A stretch of DNA of 64,000 nt, taken from the NCBI GenBank assembly GCA_965220085.1, contig CBDCOZ010000003.1, forward strand, positions 928,001 through 992,000, given 5' to 3'. The notes below the pieces were generated by a model, which ran no database searches, was not told the origin of the DNA, and saw nothing but the letters and a program-made list of their open reading frames with translations. This DNA is from Candidatus Oxydemutatoraceae bacterium (GTDB taxonomy: Bacteria > Pseudomonadota > Gammaproteobacteria > Poriferisulfidales > Oxydemutatoraceae). Shown here in pieces: positions 31,352-42,500 of this stretch (positions are counted from its first letter, which is position 1; each line of letters starts with the position of its first letter). The position numbers and the translations under genes were made by a program.

Positions 31352-32575
31352 ATGCGGGGACAAAAAGTTTGCGTACTGGGAGCGGGGATAGTCGGCGTAA
31401 CCGCCGCCTGGATGCTGAGCCGCAAAGGGTGCGAGGTGACGGTCATTGAGCGCGAGGCGGAAGCGGCGCGGGGGACTTCGTTTGCCAACGGCGCGCAAAT
31501 ATCGGTCGCCAACGCGATGCCGTGGTCCAACCCGGACATGCCGAGGCATTTGATGGCCGCTTTGATAAGACGCGACCGGGGGGTGTTCGTCAAACCGCGA
31601 TGGTCGCGGCGGCAGTGGCAGTGGGGCATCGCGTTTCTGCGCAACTGCCGCTTGCGGCAAACCCGACACAATCTGGAAAAGGCGGTTGCGATTTGCGCGC
31701 GCTCGCGACAGCTATACCGGGAACTGATTGCGCGGGAGCCGCTCGAGTTTGATTGCGCGAACAGCGGGACGCTGTCCTTTTGCTCCGACCGCAAAGAGCA
31801 CAACCGGAGCCGGAATAACCAATTGAGTTGGGCGCGCTGCCTCGGCGAATATCGCCGCGAAGTCAGCCCGGCGCAGATACTGTCGATTGAGCCGGCATTG
31901 GAGCCTGTCAAAGATACCCTCGTCGGCGGTTTCTATGCGCGCGAAGATATGACCGGCGATGCGCGCCGATTTAGTGTCGCCCTGGCACAGCGCTGTGTCG
32001 AGCGCGGCGTTGCATTTTGTTACCGCACCGAGGCGCTGCAAATACAACCCGATGACAAAGGAGCGGCAGTGATAACCGACGCGGACAGGTTGCGGTTTGA
32101 CCACATCGTCTGCTGTCTCGGGGTCGAGTCCGATCGCTTGTTAGCCCCGCTGGGCATCGACAGCGGTATCTATCCGGTCAAAGGCTACTCCATCACGATT
32201 GAATTGAGCGATGAAGCATCAAAACAAGCCGCGCCGACCGTGTCGTTGTCGGATGCCCGGCACAAGATCGTCGTCAGCCGCCTCGGCGACCGTTTGCGGG
32301 TGGCGGGCATTGCCGAAATCGGCGACACCGCCGCCGATGTGCGCGCACACCGCATCGACTTATTGACGAAGCGGACGCGGGCGTTGTTTCCCGCGGTATC
32401 TCTGCGCGAGTTTTCGCCTTGGGCCGGTTTGCGTCCGATGACCCCGTCTAACTTGCCGCGCGCAGAGCGCAGCCGTCACCCGCGGGTGTGGCTTAATTGC
32501 GGACACGGCGCGCTCGGTTGGACGGCCGCGATGGCAACGGCGGAGATGATCGCGTGTGATATAATCAAAAACTGA
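31352..32575 (+). CDS. dadA: D-amino acid dehydrogenase family FAD oxidoreductase
   Basis: GAGIVG, TSFANG, YPVKGYS, WAGLRPMTP, GHGALGWT; GGAGG RBS upstream. Confidence 0.85.
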   Translation: MRGQKVCVLGAGIVGVTAAWMLSRKGCEVTVIEREAEAARGTSFANGAQISVANAMPWSNPDMPRHLMAALIRRDRGVFVKPRWSRRQWQWGIAFLRNCRLRQTRHNLEKAVAICARSRQLYRELIAREPLEFDCANSGTLSFCSDRKEHNRSRNNQLSWARCLGEYRREVSPAQILSIEPALEPVKDTLVGGFYAREDMTGDARRFSVALAQRCVERGVAFCYRTEALQIQPDDKGAAVITDADRLRFDHIVCCLGVESDRLLAPLGIDSGIYPVKGYSITIELSDEASKQAAPTVSLSDARHKIVVSRLGDRLRVAGIAEIGDTAADVRAHRIDLLTKRTRALFPAVSLREFSPWAGLRPMTPSNLPRAERSRHPRVWLNCGHGALGWTAAMATAEMIACDIIKN

Positions 32576-32606
32576 CGATCGTTACCGAGTTTGGAGAGTT
32601 TGGACT

Positions 32607-33317
32607 ATGACGGATATTGGAAAGACTTCATTTTTGCCGGTGTTTTTATGCGCATTTCTGAGCCTTGCGACAGCGTGCTCGCAAGACACTGCCGAAGACA
32701 CCCCGCAAGCGCAGGTACAAGGCCCCATCGCGCCGGGCTGGGGCGCTCTTGAGTTTGACTTCCCCGCCGCCGGCAGCTATCGCCTGCATCGCCTGTTTCC
32801 GGCGCCCGGCGGAGAAATTGTGCTGAGCGACGGCCGCCCGACCCGACTGGAGCATCACCTGCGCGACAAGATAACGATTCTCACTTTTATTTATACCAGT
32901 TGCACCGACGCCAACGGCTGTCCCCTCGCCACCTTCGTTTTGCACTCTTTGCAAAAAGCCGTGCACGAGCGGGAAGACTTGAAAGACCGGGTGCGGTTTA
33001 TCAGCCTGAGTTTTGATCCCGAGAACGACACGCCGGAAGTGATGCGCGAATACGGAAAAGACTACCCGAAGAAGGAAGGGTATGAGTGGTTGTTTGCCAC
33101 GACCGCTTCGCAGGATAAATTACAACCGATACTGGACGGCTACGGACAATATGCTTTTAAGATGGAATCCGAAGACGATGAAATCGTATTTGCCCACATC
33201 TTGCGCGCTTATCTGGTTGATGAGAGCGGCCAAGTCAGAAACATATACAGCGTTGATTTTCTCCATCCCACGGTTCTGCTCACCGATATTGAAACGTTGT
33301 TGCTGGGAAGAAGCTGA
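32607..33317 (+). CDS. SCO1/SenC family copper chaperone (probable lipoprotein)
   Basis: LATAC lipobox; FIYTSCTDANGCP; SFDPENDTP; conserved His. Confidence 0.88.
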   Translation: MTDIGKTSFLPVFLCAFLSLATACSQDTAEDTPQAQVQGPIAPGWGALEFDFPAAGSYRLHRLFPAPGGEIVLSDGRPTRLEHHLRDKITILTFIYTSCTDANGCPLATFVLHSLQKAVHEREDLKDRVRFISLSFDPENDTPEVMREYGKDYPKKEGYEWLFATTASQDKLQPILDGYGQYAFKMESEDDEIVFAHILRAYLVDESGQVRNIYSVDFLHPTVLLTDIETLLLGRS

Positions 33318-33350
33318 GTCGCGTTTTTGCCGGCGGGTAAGAATTTCTCG

Positions 33351-34661
33351 ATGAACCGCGCGCTACGCATCGCTTGTTTTGGCGCGCTGGCCGGCATCGC
33401 CGCAGCCATAGCCGCAACGGAAGAACTGCCGCGGGCGGGGGATTACAAAGGCAACTACGAGTCGCCGGACTATAAGACTTCTTCGCTCAGCGTAGAGGAA
33501 CGCAAAGGCAAGCCGGCTGACCTGTATCAACTCTCCCACAACCCGCCCAAAGGCCTGCCGGCGGTTTCGATTCCCGACGACAACCCGCAGACCCGCGAAG
33601 GCATCCTGCTGGGGCGGCGTTTATTCTTTGACCGCCGCCTGTCGCTCAATAACACGATGTCGTGCGCCATATGCCATGTGCCCGAGATGGGGTTTGCGAA
33701 CAATGAGATGAAAACGCCGGTGGGGTTTGAAGGGCGGACGGTCAAGCGCAACGCGCCGACTGTGCTCAACGCCGCCTACAAGACGCGCATGTTTCACGAT
33801 GGCCGCGAGACAAGTTTGGAAAATCAAGTGTGGTCTCCCTTGCTCGCCGGGAACGAGATGGCGAACCCGTCCATCGGCTATGTCATAGAAAAGATACAAG
33901 CGATAGACGAATACAAGGGTTTGTTTGAAAAAGCATTTGCAGGTCGCGGCGCGACAATGGAGACGATTGCCAAGGCGCTGGCGCAATATCAACGCTCGTT
34001 GCTTGCGGGTAATTCGCGCTTCGATCGCTGGTACTACGGCAAAGACGAAAGCGCCTTGAATGCGGAGGAGCAACTCGGGTTTGCGGTGTTTGCCGGCAAA
34101 GGGGCTTGCGCCGCCTGCCATACGATCGGCCCCGAACACGCGCTGTTTACCGACAACAAACTTCATAACACGGGGCTGGGATACGAAATATCCATGAAAA
34201 AAGAAACGCCGACCGAGAGAGTACAGTTAGCGCCGGGGATATTTGTCGATGTCAGGCGCGAGTTTATAAAAGAAGTCACGCGCGTTGGCGCTGCCCAGAA
34301 TGACTTGGGCGCATACGAAGTCACTCAGGATCCGGCGGACCGCTGGAAGTTTGCGACGCCGACATTGCGCAACGTTGAGCTGACCGCTCCGTATATGCAC
34401 AACGGCAGCATGTCGACATTGGAAGAGGTCATTGAGTTTTATGACCGCGGCGGGGTGGCGAACGAACTGCTAAGCCCCCTGATAAAACCGCTCGGCCTCA
34501 GCATCAAAGAAAAAGAAGCGCTACATGCCTTTCTCTTGACACTGACGGCGGGCAACTACACCGAATTAGTGCTCGACGGCTTTGCCGCCCCGGTCGGAGA
34601 GTTGGATGCCAACGATCCGTTCTGGTCCAACCGGCGCAAACCCGGGCAGATCTCTCCCTGA
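33351..34661 (+). CDS. Di-haem cytochrome c peroxidase / MauG family protein
   Basis: Signal peptide; CAICH and CAACH haem motifs; [30 protein letters not shown]. Confidence 0.92.
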   Translation: MNRALRIACFGALAGIAAAIAATEELPRAGDYKGNYESPDYKTSSLSVEERKGKPADLYQLSHNPPKGLPAVSIPDDNPQTREGILLGRRLFFDRRLSLNNTMSCAICHVPEMGFANNEMKTPVGFEGRTVKRNAPTVLNAAYKTRMFHDGRETSLENQVWSPLLAGNEMANPSIGYVIEKIQAIDEYKGLFEKAFAGRGATMETIAKALAQYQRSLLAGNSRFDRWYYGKDESALNAEEQLGFAVFAGKGACAACHTIGPEHALFTDNKLHNTGLGYEISMKKETPTERVQLAPGIFVDVRREFIKEVTRVGAAQNDLGAYEVTQDPADRWKFATPTLRNVELTAPYMHNGSMSTLEEVIEFYDRGGVANELLSPLIKPLGLSIKEKEALHAFLLTLTAGNYTELVLDGFAAPVGELDANDPFWSNRRKPGQISP

Positions 34662-34755
34662 TGTGTCGTTCAATGTGTTCGGTTGAAATATTCAACGGCG
34701 CAGACAACAAGTTTGCGGCTCGGTTTGTTATACTTTCCCCCGAGGATACGGTCGT

Positions 34756-35979
34756 ATGAAAGAATTTGACAAGCAAGAGGCAACGGAGATTATCGCCGGG
34801 GGCGAGGGCGACCGAGTGGAGTTCAAGGAAGCCCTGTCCGGCAAATCCAAGAAGAGCATCATGGAAGCCATCTGCGCCTTTGCCAACGACCTGCCCGGGC
34901 ACGATGAGCCGGGGTATGTCTTTGTGGGTGTGCGCGATGACGGCACCCCCGCCGGCATTCAAATCAGCGACGAGACCTTGCTCAGCCTGGCCGACATACG
35001 CAGCAGCGGCAACATCCTCCCCTTGCCCTCCATGACGGTGGAGCGCATCAGTCTGCGGGGTGAGCAGGTGGCGATGGTCACCGTGCAACCGTCGGATTCC
35101 CCGCCGGTGCGTTGCTACGGCAACATAATGATTCGCACCGGCTCGCGTCGCGGTCTGGCCTCGGCTCAGGATGAGCGCATCCTCAATGAAAAGCGCCGCA
35201 GCCGCGATGCCCGCTATGAGCTGCGCCCGGCACCCCGCGCCAGAATGCAAGATCTGAGCATCACCAGATTCAAAGAAGATTATCTGCGCCACGCTTTCTC
35301 CAAAGAGGTGTTGACGGCTAACGAACGCACCGAGGAGGAGCAACTGGCGGCGCTCAAAATGATAGACAGCGCAGATAATCCGGTGCCCACGGTACTGGGC
35401 ATGCTCAGCATTGGCAGAGACCCGCTGGCCTTCCTGCCCTGCGCCTACATTCAGTTCCTCAGGTTTAAGGGCGACGAAATGTCCGACCAAATTTCCCGCC
35501 ACGTGGAAATCAGCGGCCCCTTGCAAACCATAATGGAGCGTCTGGACGGCATTTTTCAGGCCCACAATCATGAGGCGATAGATACGAGCGGCCCGCGGGA
35601 AAAGCGCATAGCGCTTTACCCCTGGGCAGCGCTACAAGAGCTCAGCCGCAACGCTATCATGCACCGCGACTACGAAACCAGCAACGCGCCGATTCGCATA
35701 CATTGGTTCGACGACCGCGCAGAGATTATCAATGCCGGCGGCGCCTACGGCGAGGTGACAGGGCACCTGGGCGAACCGGGATATGCCGATTACCGCAACC
35801 CCGGTCTGGCCACTGTCATGCGCGACATGGGCCTGGTGCAACGCTTTGGCACAGGCATACAGACAGCCCGCAAAGCCCTGCAAGACGGGGGCAATCCGCC
35901 GCTGGAACTATACGGGGATGACTCCATCGTTCGCGCCACCATCCGCCCCAGCCCGAGGTACACATATGGAACCCGCTGA
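34756..35979 (+). CDS. AlbA_2 (Schlafen-like) domain protein with RecG-C/HATPase-like C-terminus
   Basis: [28 protein letters not shown]; [18 protein letters not shown]. Confidence 0.85.
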   Translation: MKEFDKQEATEIIAGGEGDRVEFKEALSGKSKKSIMEAICAFANDLPGHDEPGYVFVGVRDDGTPAGIQISDETLLSLADIRSSGNILPLPSMTVERISLRGEQVAMVTVQPSDSPPVRCYGNIMIRTGSRRGLASAQDERILNEKRRSRDARYELRPAPRARMQDLSITRFKEDYLRHAFSKEVLTANERTEEEQLAALKMIDSADNPVPTVLGMLSIGRDPLAFLPCAYIQFLRFKGDEMSDQISRHVEISGPLQTIMERLDGIFQAHNHEAIDTSGPREKRIALYPWAALQELSRNAIMHRDYETSNAPIRIHWFDDRAEIINAGGAYGEVTGHLGEPGYADYRNPGLATVMRDMGLVQRFGTGIQTARKALQDGGNPPLELYGDDSIVRATIRPSPRYTYGTR

Positions 35980-35992
35980 GACCGATCCCATT

Positions 35993-36138
35993 CATACGAT
36001 AGGCGCTACAACTCCGACTTTGCGCAATGTTGAGTTGACCGCTCCGCATATGCGCAACGGCGGCATGTCAACATTGGCAGAGGTCATTGAATTTTATAAT
36101 CGCGGAGGCGTGGCGAACGAACTGCTGAGCCCCCTGAT
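35993..36138 (+). pseudogene. Fragment of a second copy of the MauG-like gene
   Basis: Encodes [48 protein letters not shown], matching the protein encoded at ~34119-34130 and ~34353-34481. Confidence 0.85.
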
Positions 36139-36183
36139 GCAGAATGCAGTTCCCGATAGCTGGTGTGCATAATGAGTAGTTAG

Positions 36184-39100
36184 ATGAAACAAGAAAATTT
36201 CACCAGTAGCCATGGCATTCGCGACAATCGCGAGCGTGGCAGTGTCGGTGCGGACTTTCTCCGTAGATACTTGCGAAAGGGGACAGATCTCTCCATCGTC
36301 TCGGCCTACTTCACTATTAACGCCTACGAGTACCTGAAGGATGAATTGGAATCTATAAAGGGCCTACGTTTCCTGTTTGGCGAGCCAAGTTTGGTTGGTG
36401 TGAAGCAAGGTGATCAGGAAACCAAGGCATTTCAGTTAACCGATCAAGGCTTGTCGTTGGCCAATCAGCTGGAACAAAGCAGACTTGCCAAAGCGTGTTC
36501 CATTTGGATTCAGGAAAAGGTGCAGATTCGCTCCATGCAACAGGGAGATTTTCTGCACGGCAAGATGTACCACCTACAAAACGACGGAGCATCCAGTGCT
36601 CTGTTGGGCAGTTCTAATTTCACAGCGGCCGGCCTCGGCAGGTATGGTGGTAATGTGGAACTCAACTTAATTGTGGACAGCGACCGAGATCGTCAGGAGC
36701 TATTAAGCTGGTTTGAGCAGTGGTGGGAGGATGACGAGCGCACCGAGGATGTCAAGGAGCATGTGTTACGAGAATTAAAGCGACTCTACGATAATCACCC
36801 GCCTCAATTCATCTACTACCTGACCCTCTTTCACTTGTTCCGTGATGATGCCGAAGATGATGATAGCCAGCGTGATCAGATGGAAGGCCTCAAGCTACCT
36901 GATACGCAAATCTGGGAAAAGCTTTATCAGTTCCAGAAGGACGGAGCCAAGAGTGCTATCAATAAACTACTCAGACTGAACGGTTGCATACTGGCTGACA
37001 GCGTGGGATTAGGTAAGACCTTTACAGCTCTGGCGGTCATCAAGTACTTTGAGCTCAGGAACGAACGCGTCTTGGTGCTATGCCCCAAAAAACTGCACAG
37101 AAATTGGTCTATCTACCGGCAAGGTAACGATCTCCGTAATATCTTGTCGGAAGATCGCTTTGACTACGACCTGCTGGCGCATACCGATCTCAGCCGCACG
37201 AGCGGGACATCTGATACCGGTATGGATTTAGCCAATGTTAACTGGGGTGGCTATAGCCTCGTAGTGATTGATGAATCACATAATTTCCGCAACAACAGGT
37301 ACGCAGGTGAGGAAGGTAAGCAGACACGCTACGAAAAGCTTATCAAAGACATCATCGGTAGCGGTAGCAAAACTAAGGTTCTGCTACTGTCCGCTACCCC
37401 TGTCAATAATGAACTTTCCGACATCCGTAATCAAATTTCACTAATTGCTGGCGGTGATGTCAGCAGAGTACCTGAGGCCGATGCCGCCTTTGCCGCCTCT
37501 CAGACTTCCCTAGGTATCCCATCAGTCAAAGAGACTACTCGCATTGCTCAAAAGTACTTTACTGACTGGGCTAGAGCAGCTGAGACGAGTGAGCGGACCA
37601 CTAGTAGCCTGCTGGAAGTTCTCGGCGGTGATTTTTTTCATATGCTAGATGGTCTGCTTATCGCTCGCTCCCGAAGTAATATCAAGTACGCCTACGCAGA
37701 AGAAATGGGTAAGCTAGGTGGATTCCCAAATCGACCTACCCCGCAATCTATCTACTCACCCTTGGATTTGCTAGATGGTTGCCCATCCTTTGAAGAGATA
37801 GAGGGTAAAATCAGTCAACTTAGCTTAGCTTTGTATAACCCTACCGAATTTTTGAGGGAAGATTTAGACGAGGATACGCGGCTTTCCTATGAAGCTAAAA
37901 TCCACGGTGTCTTTACTCAGATGGGGCGTGAACGGATTCTGGTGGGCATGATGAAGACTAATTTTCTGAAGCGTCTAGAGAGTTCAGTGGATTCCTTCCG
38001 CCATACTCTGGAACGCACCATTGACAAAGCCAATGCTTTGCTAGATAAGCTGAATAGCTTTGCCGCGCGAGATACCAATACCGAGTTAAATGATAGTGAT
38101 GTCAATCCTGATGCTCTGGATGAAGAAGACGAGGAGCTGGTGGTTGGGAAGAAACGCAAAGTTTACTTAGGCCACATCGATATTGCCAGATGGAGAGAGT
38201 GCATTGAGAATGACCAGTGCCTTTTGAAAGGATTGCTAAATAAGACTCGCATAGTGAACCCCGAACGCGATGCCAAGCTGGCACAGCTATGTAAACTCAT
38301 CCAAGACAAGCTGCACAGTCCCAATGTCACCAAGGATGGGCGTGAGAACCGCAAGGTGTTAGTCTTCACCGCCTATGCTGACACTGCCTCGTATCTTTAT
38401 GAGAATCTAGAGAGTGCGGTGCGGTCGGAAGGTTGTCACATTGCTCTAGTACGGGGTGATGGTAACAACCGCAACACTTTGGGCGGTAACGAATTTGGGG
38501 AAATATTGGATTATTTTAGCCCACGATCTAGGATGCCTGAAAGAGAACCCGAAGATGAGGAGATTGACGTACTGATTGCCACCGACTGTATCTCTGAGGG
38601 GCAGAACCTGCAGGACTGCGACATAGTGGTCAATTACGACATTCACTGGAATCCAGTGCGCATTATCCAGCGCTTCGGGCGTATTGATCGCATAGGATCG
38701 AAGAATAGCGAGGTACACCTAGTGAACTTTTGGCCTGTGGAAGATCTGGATAACTATCTTAATCTGAAACACAGGGTGCAAGCTCGTATGGCGCTCGTGG
38801 ACGCAACCGCCACACAATCTGATAACTTGCTCACACAAGAAGGGTTGGAAGAACTGGTCACTAAAGATATACAACTCCAGAATCAACAATTGCATCGTTT
38901 GCAGGAGGAAGTTTTGGATTTGGAAGAGTTGGATGAGGCAGGTATTAACCTCAGTGATTTCTCATTGGAAGAGTTCCGTAACGAGCTCATGCAGTTTCTC
39001 AAAGCTGATCGCCAAGCACTAGAGTCTGCCCCCCTAGGCTTGTACACTGTGGTACAAGCCGACCCCGACATCCCAGCACGACCAGGTGCCGTGTTCTGCC

Positions 39101-39525
39101 TGCGCCAGAGAGAGCGGGAGGGAAGTGAGATGGCATCTAACGAGAGTGGCATCAACCCATTGGGCAGACACTACTTAGTTTATGTACACGACGATGGGGA
39201 GGTACGCCTTACTTTTACTTACCCCAAACAAATTCTGGACTTGTTGCGCCGTATAGCCGCAGGGCATGAGCAGGCATTGGCAGAGTTGTGCGATTTGTTT
39301 GACCGGAATACCGAACATGGCATGAACCTGCAACACTACGATGATTTGATAGAGAAAACCTTGCAATCCATCGCGAATGTCTACAGTAGATGTGCTGACA
39401 GAAATTTAGCTTCAGGGCGTGATGGCAGGCTACCTCTTACCTCTTCTCGTCCTACTAGGGATGAGGAAGACTACGAATTGTTAACTTGGTTTGTCATAAT
39501 TGCCCCCGAGGAGACTGTCTCATGA
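36184..39525 (+). CDS. SNF2-family helicase with N-terminal phospholipase D-type nuclease domain
   Basis: FLHGKMY...GSSNFT (PLD); LADSVGLGKT, DESHNFRN, SATP, SEGQNLQ, QRFGRIDR. Confidence 0.92.
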   Translation: MKQENFTSSHGIRDNRERGSVGADFLRRYLRKGTDLSIVSAYFTINAYEYLKDELESIKGLRFLFGEPSLVGVKQGDQETKAFQLTDQGLSLANQLEQSRLAKACSIWIQEKVQIRSMQQGDFLHGKMYHLQNDGASSALLGSSNFTAAGLGRYGGNVELNLIVDSDRDRQELLSWFEQWWEDDERTEDVKEHVLRELKRLYDNHPPQFIYYLTLFHLFRDDAEDDDSQRDQMEGLKLPDTQIWEKLYQFQKDGAKSAINKLLRLNGCILADSVGLGKTFTALAVIKYFELRNERVLVLCPKKLHRNWSIYRQGNDLRNILSEDRFDYDLLAHTDLSRTSGTSDTGMDLANVNWGGYSLVVIDESHNFRNNRYAGEEGKQTRYEKLIKDIIGSGSKTKVLLLSATPVNNELSDIRNQISLIAGGDVSRVPEADAAFAASQTSLGIPSVKETTRIAQKYFTDWARAAETSERTTSSLLEVLGGDFFHMLDGLLIARSRSNIKYAYAEEMGKLGGFPNRPTPQSIYSPLDLLDGCPSFEEIEGKISQLSLALYNPTEFLREDLDEDTRLSYEAKIHGVFTQMGRERILVGMMKTNFLKRLESSVDSFRHTLERTIDKANALLDKLNSFAARDTNTELNDSDVNPDALDEEDEELVVGKKRKVYLGHIDIARWRECIENDQCLLKGLLNKTRIVNPERDAKLAQLCKLIQDKLHSPNVTKDGRENRKVLVFTAYADTASYLYENLESAVRSEGCHIALVRGDGNNRNTLGGNEFGEILDYFSPRSRMPEREPEDEEIDVLIATDCISEGQNLQDCDIVVNYDIHWNPVRIIQRFGRIDRIGSKNSEVHLVNFWPVEDLDNYLNLKHRVQARMALVDATATQSDNLLTQEGLEELVTKDIQLQNQQLHRLQEEVLDLEELDEAGINLSDFSLEEFRNELMQFLKADRQALESAPLGLYTVVQADPDIPARPGAVFCLRQREREGSEMASNESGINPLGRHYLVYVHDDGEVRLTFTYPKQILDLLRRIAAGHEQALAELCDLFDRNTEHGMNLQHYDDLIEKTLQSIANVYSRCADRNLASGRDGRLPLTSSRPTRDEEDYELLTWFVIIAPEETVS

Positions 39526-42500
39526 CGAATCTCAGCAAGCAAGAAATTCAAGACATCATCGATTGTCTAGCTGGGGGTAATTTGGCGCAGGAGGCGTATG
39601 CCCTGTTTAAGGCGCTTGGTTACCGCAGTGGTCGCACCGGGAATTCATCTGGCGCTGTTGGTGATTTTTTGACTCACGGTGGCTACAAGCTTACCGGCAC
39701 AGAAAGTGAAGCAACCTTTAAGGAGCAGGCTAAGGCCGTGCATATCCTATTCCAGATTACCGAAGACGAGATTAAGGCTGGGGTTGGTAATATGCTTGGG
39801 GAAGATGTCGACTTTAATTCCGGCAACAACAAGAGCTTTGTCTTCGTGGTCTCCGAGCTGTGTGAAGATTCCTATTCTCGTAGCCAATATGCCGCATTCA
39901 CCCGCGAAATCAACAAGCGCCTCCCCATGCCGGTGGTGGTGCTGTTCCGCACGGCATCAGGGCGCGTCTCGCTGGCATTCGTGCACCGCCGTCCTAGCAA
40001 AGTCAACACTGACCGTGATGTGCTTGGTCATGTGTCTCTGGTGCGTGAAGTCAATACACAGGCTCCCCACCGCGCTCACTTACAAACATTGCAAGACCTG
40101 TGCCTGCACAGGCGGCTGGAGTGGATACGCGATCACAGCCGCGATGAGAATTTTGACGGGCTACTGGATGCTTGGCTCGTAGCACTGGACACCCAAGAAC
40201 TCAACAAGCAGTTCTACAAAGAGCTGTTCGACTGGTTTAAGCGCGCAGTTGCAGAGGCAAGCTTCCCAGAGAGTGCTGGTTTGAAGCCCGAAGAGCAGAT
40301 TATCCGTCTCATTACCCGCCTGCTATTCATCTGGTTTATCAAAGAGAAAGGCTTGGTGGCCGATGAACTGTTTGTGGAAGAGCAGGTTGGGGGCCTGTTG
40401 AAGGACTATGATCGGGACAGCGGCGATTCCTATTACCGCGCTGTACTGCAGAATCTGTTCTTTGCCGTCCTCAACACGGAGATTGGGGAGCGCCGCTTCA
40501 GCAAGCAGACAAACGAGACACATCGGGATTTTTCCTGCTACCGCTACCGAAAAGAGATTGTGAAAACGGATCGCTTGCTGGCCATGTTTGACAAAACTCC
40601 CTTCATCAACGGTGGCTTGTTCGATTGCCTTGACGATTTTGAAGGTGTGAAGGAAGGTGGCAAACGAATTGACTACTTCACGGATAATCCTGCCCAGCGT
40701 CGCGGCTATTCCATGCCCAACCACCTGTTTTTTGGCCCCGAGGGACTAATCACGCTGTTTAGTCGCTATCACTTCACTGTAGAGGAGAACACCCCCATCG
40801 AGAGGGAGGTGGCATTGGATCCGGAGCTACTAGGGCGGACTTTCGAGAACCTGCTCGCCGCCTACAACCCAGAGACGAGGGACAAAGCCTCCGAGCGGAA
40901 ACTGACCGGGTCGTTCTACACGCCGCGCGAAGTGGTGGATTACATGGTGGATCAAGCACTATTGGAATCGCTGGCGGCTCTAGTCACTACAGACGAGGCT
41001 AGTTGGTGGCGCGATCGGCTAGGGTATCTGCTGGATTATGCCGATGCCTGTGATGACGCTTGGGAGTTGTTTGATGCCGAGGAGCGTAAACGCATCGTTG
41101 CCGCCGTGGCAAAGGTAAAAATCCTTGACCCGGCGGTAGGTTCCGGGGCATTTCCCATGGGAGTACTCCACAAATTAACGTTAATACTACGTCGCTTGGA
41201 TCCCGACAATAAAAAGTGGCGCAAGGTACAACGCGATCTAGCTACAGAGCGAGCAAGTAAGGCTTTCAAACGAACTGGTAAGGAGCAACGCAAAGAGGCT
41301 CTGCAAGAAATCAACGAACTCTTTGAGAGTTACAGTGGTTCAGATTTTGGTCGCAAGCTGTACCTAATCCAGAACAGCATTTTCGGGGTGGATATACAGC
41401 CAATCGCCTGCCAAATAGCCAAGCTACGCTTCTTTATTTCGCTAGCCATAGAGCAGAGACCAAATAAGAACAAGCAATCAAACTATGGTATCCGGCCACT
41501 ACCCAACTTGGAAACCCGCTTTATTGCGGCTGATTCGCTCATAAATATACTGATTCCTTCTCAGCTAACGATGGTGTCAGATGAAAAAGAAAATATAAAG
41601 CAAGAAATTAAAGATAATCGCGAGTGTTATTTTCATGCCGCCACACGCTCGGATAAAAAGGCGATGATTGAAAAGGATAAAGATCTGCGCATTAAATTAG
41701 CAGACCTACTGTGGCAAGAGTGGGGGCAAGGAGATGCCGGCGAGATTGATGGGGCGAATTTGTGGCGGAATAAAAACAAAGAACATAAAAAGGAAAAGGA
41801 ATATACCGATAAGATAGCTCAATGGGACCCTTACGATCAGAATAGTTATGCAGGTTGGTTTAATTCCGAATACATGTTTGACATTACCGAGGGCTTTGAC
41901 ATCGTCATCGGCAATCCGCCGTACATTCAACTCCAGAAGATAGACAGCAAGATGAAGAAGCTCTACATGGCAGAAGGGTATAAAGTATGTGTGGGCAATG
42001 GGGATATTTATACCCTGTTTTATGAGCGCGGCCTGCAACTGTTGAAAGATGGGGCGCACCTGTGCTTTATCACATCTAATAAATGGATGTGCGCCGGATA
42101 CGGCAAAAAGTTGCGCGAATTGTTCTCCCAGAAATGCCCCAAAAACCTTATCGATTTCAGCGGCTTTCGGGTCTTTGACAGTGCGACCGTGGACACCAAC
42201 ATTATTCTGATAGCCAAAGCCAATATGCCCGCCGATGGCAAGTTGCAGGCCACTTCCATGCGCGATGACTTCAGTCCTGAGAACAGCATACATAAGTATG
42301 TGGAGGACAACAAAATTGACATTAAAGCAGAGAATCTGAAGATGGCGGAGGCACCGTGGATTATCTGCACACCCGCAGAATTTGCCTTGAAAGAAAAGAT
42401 TGAAAGGATAGGTGTGCCCTTGAAAGAGTGGGATATTTCCATTAACTACGGAATAAAGACTGGTTGTAACGATGCGTTTATCATTGATAACGAAACTAGG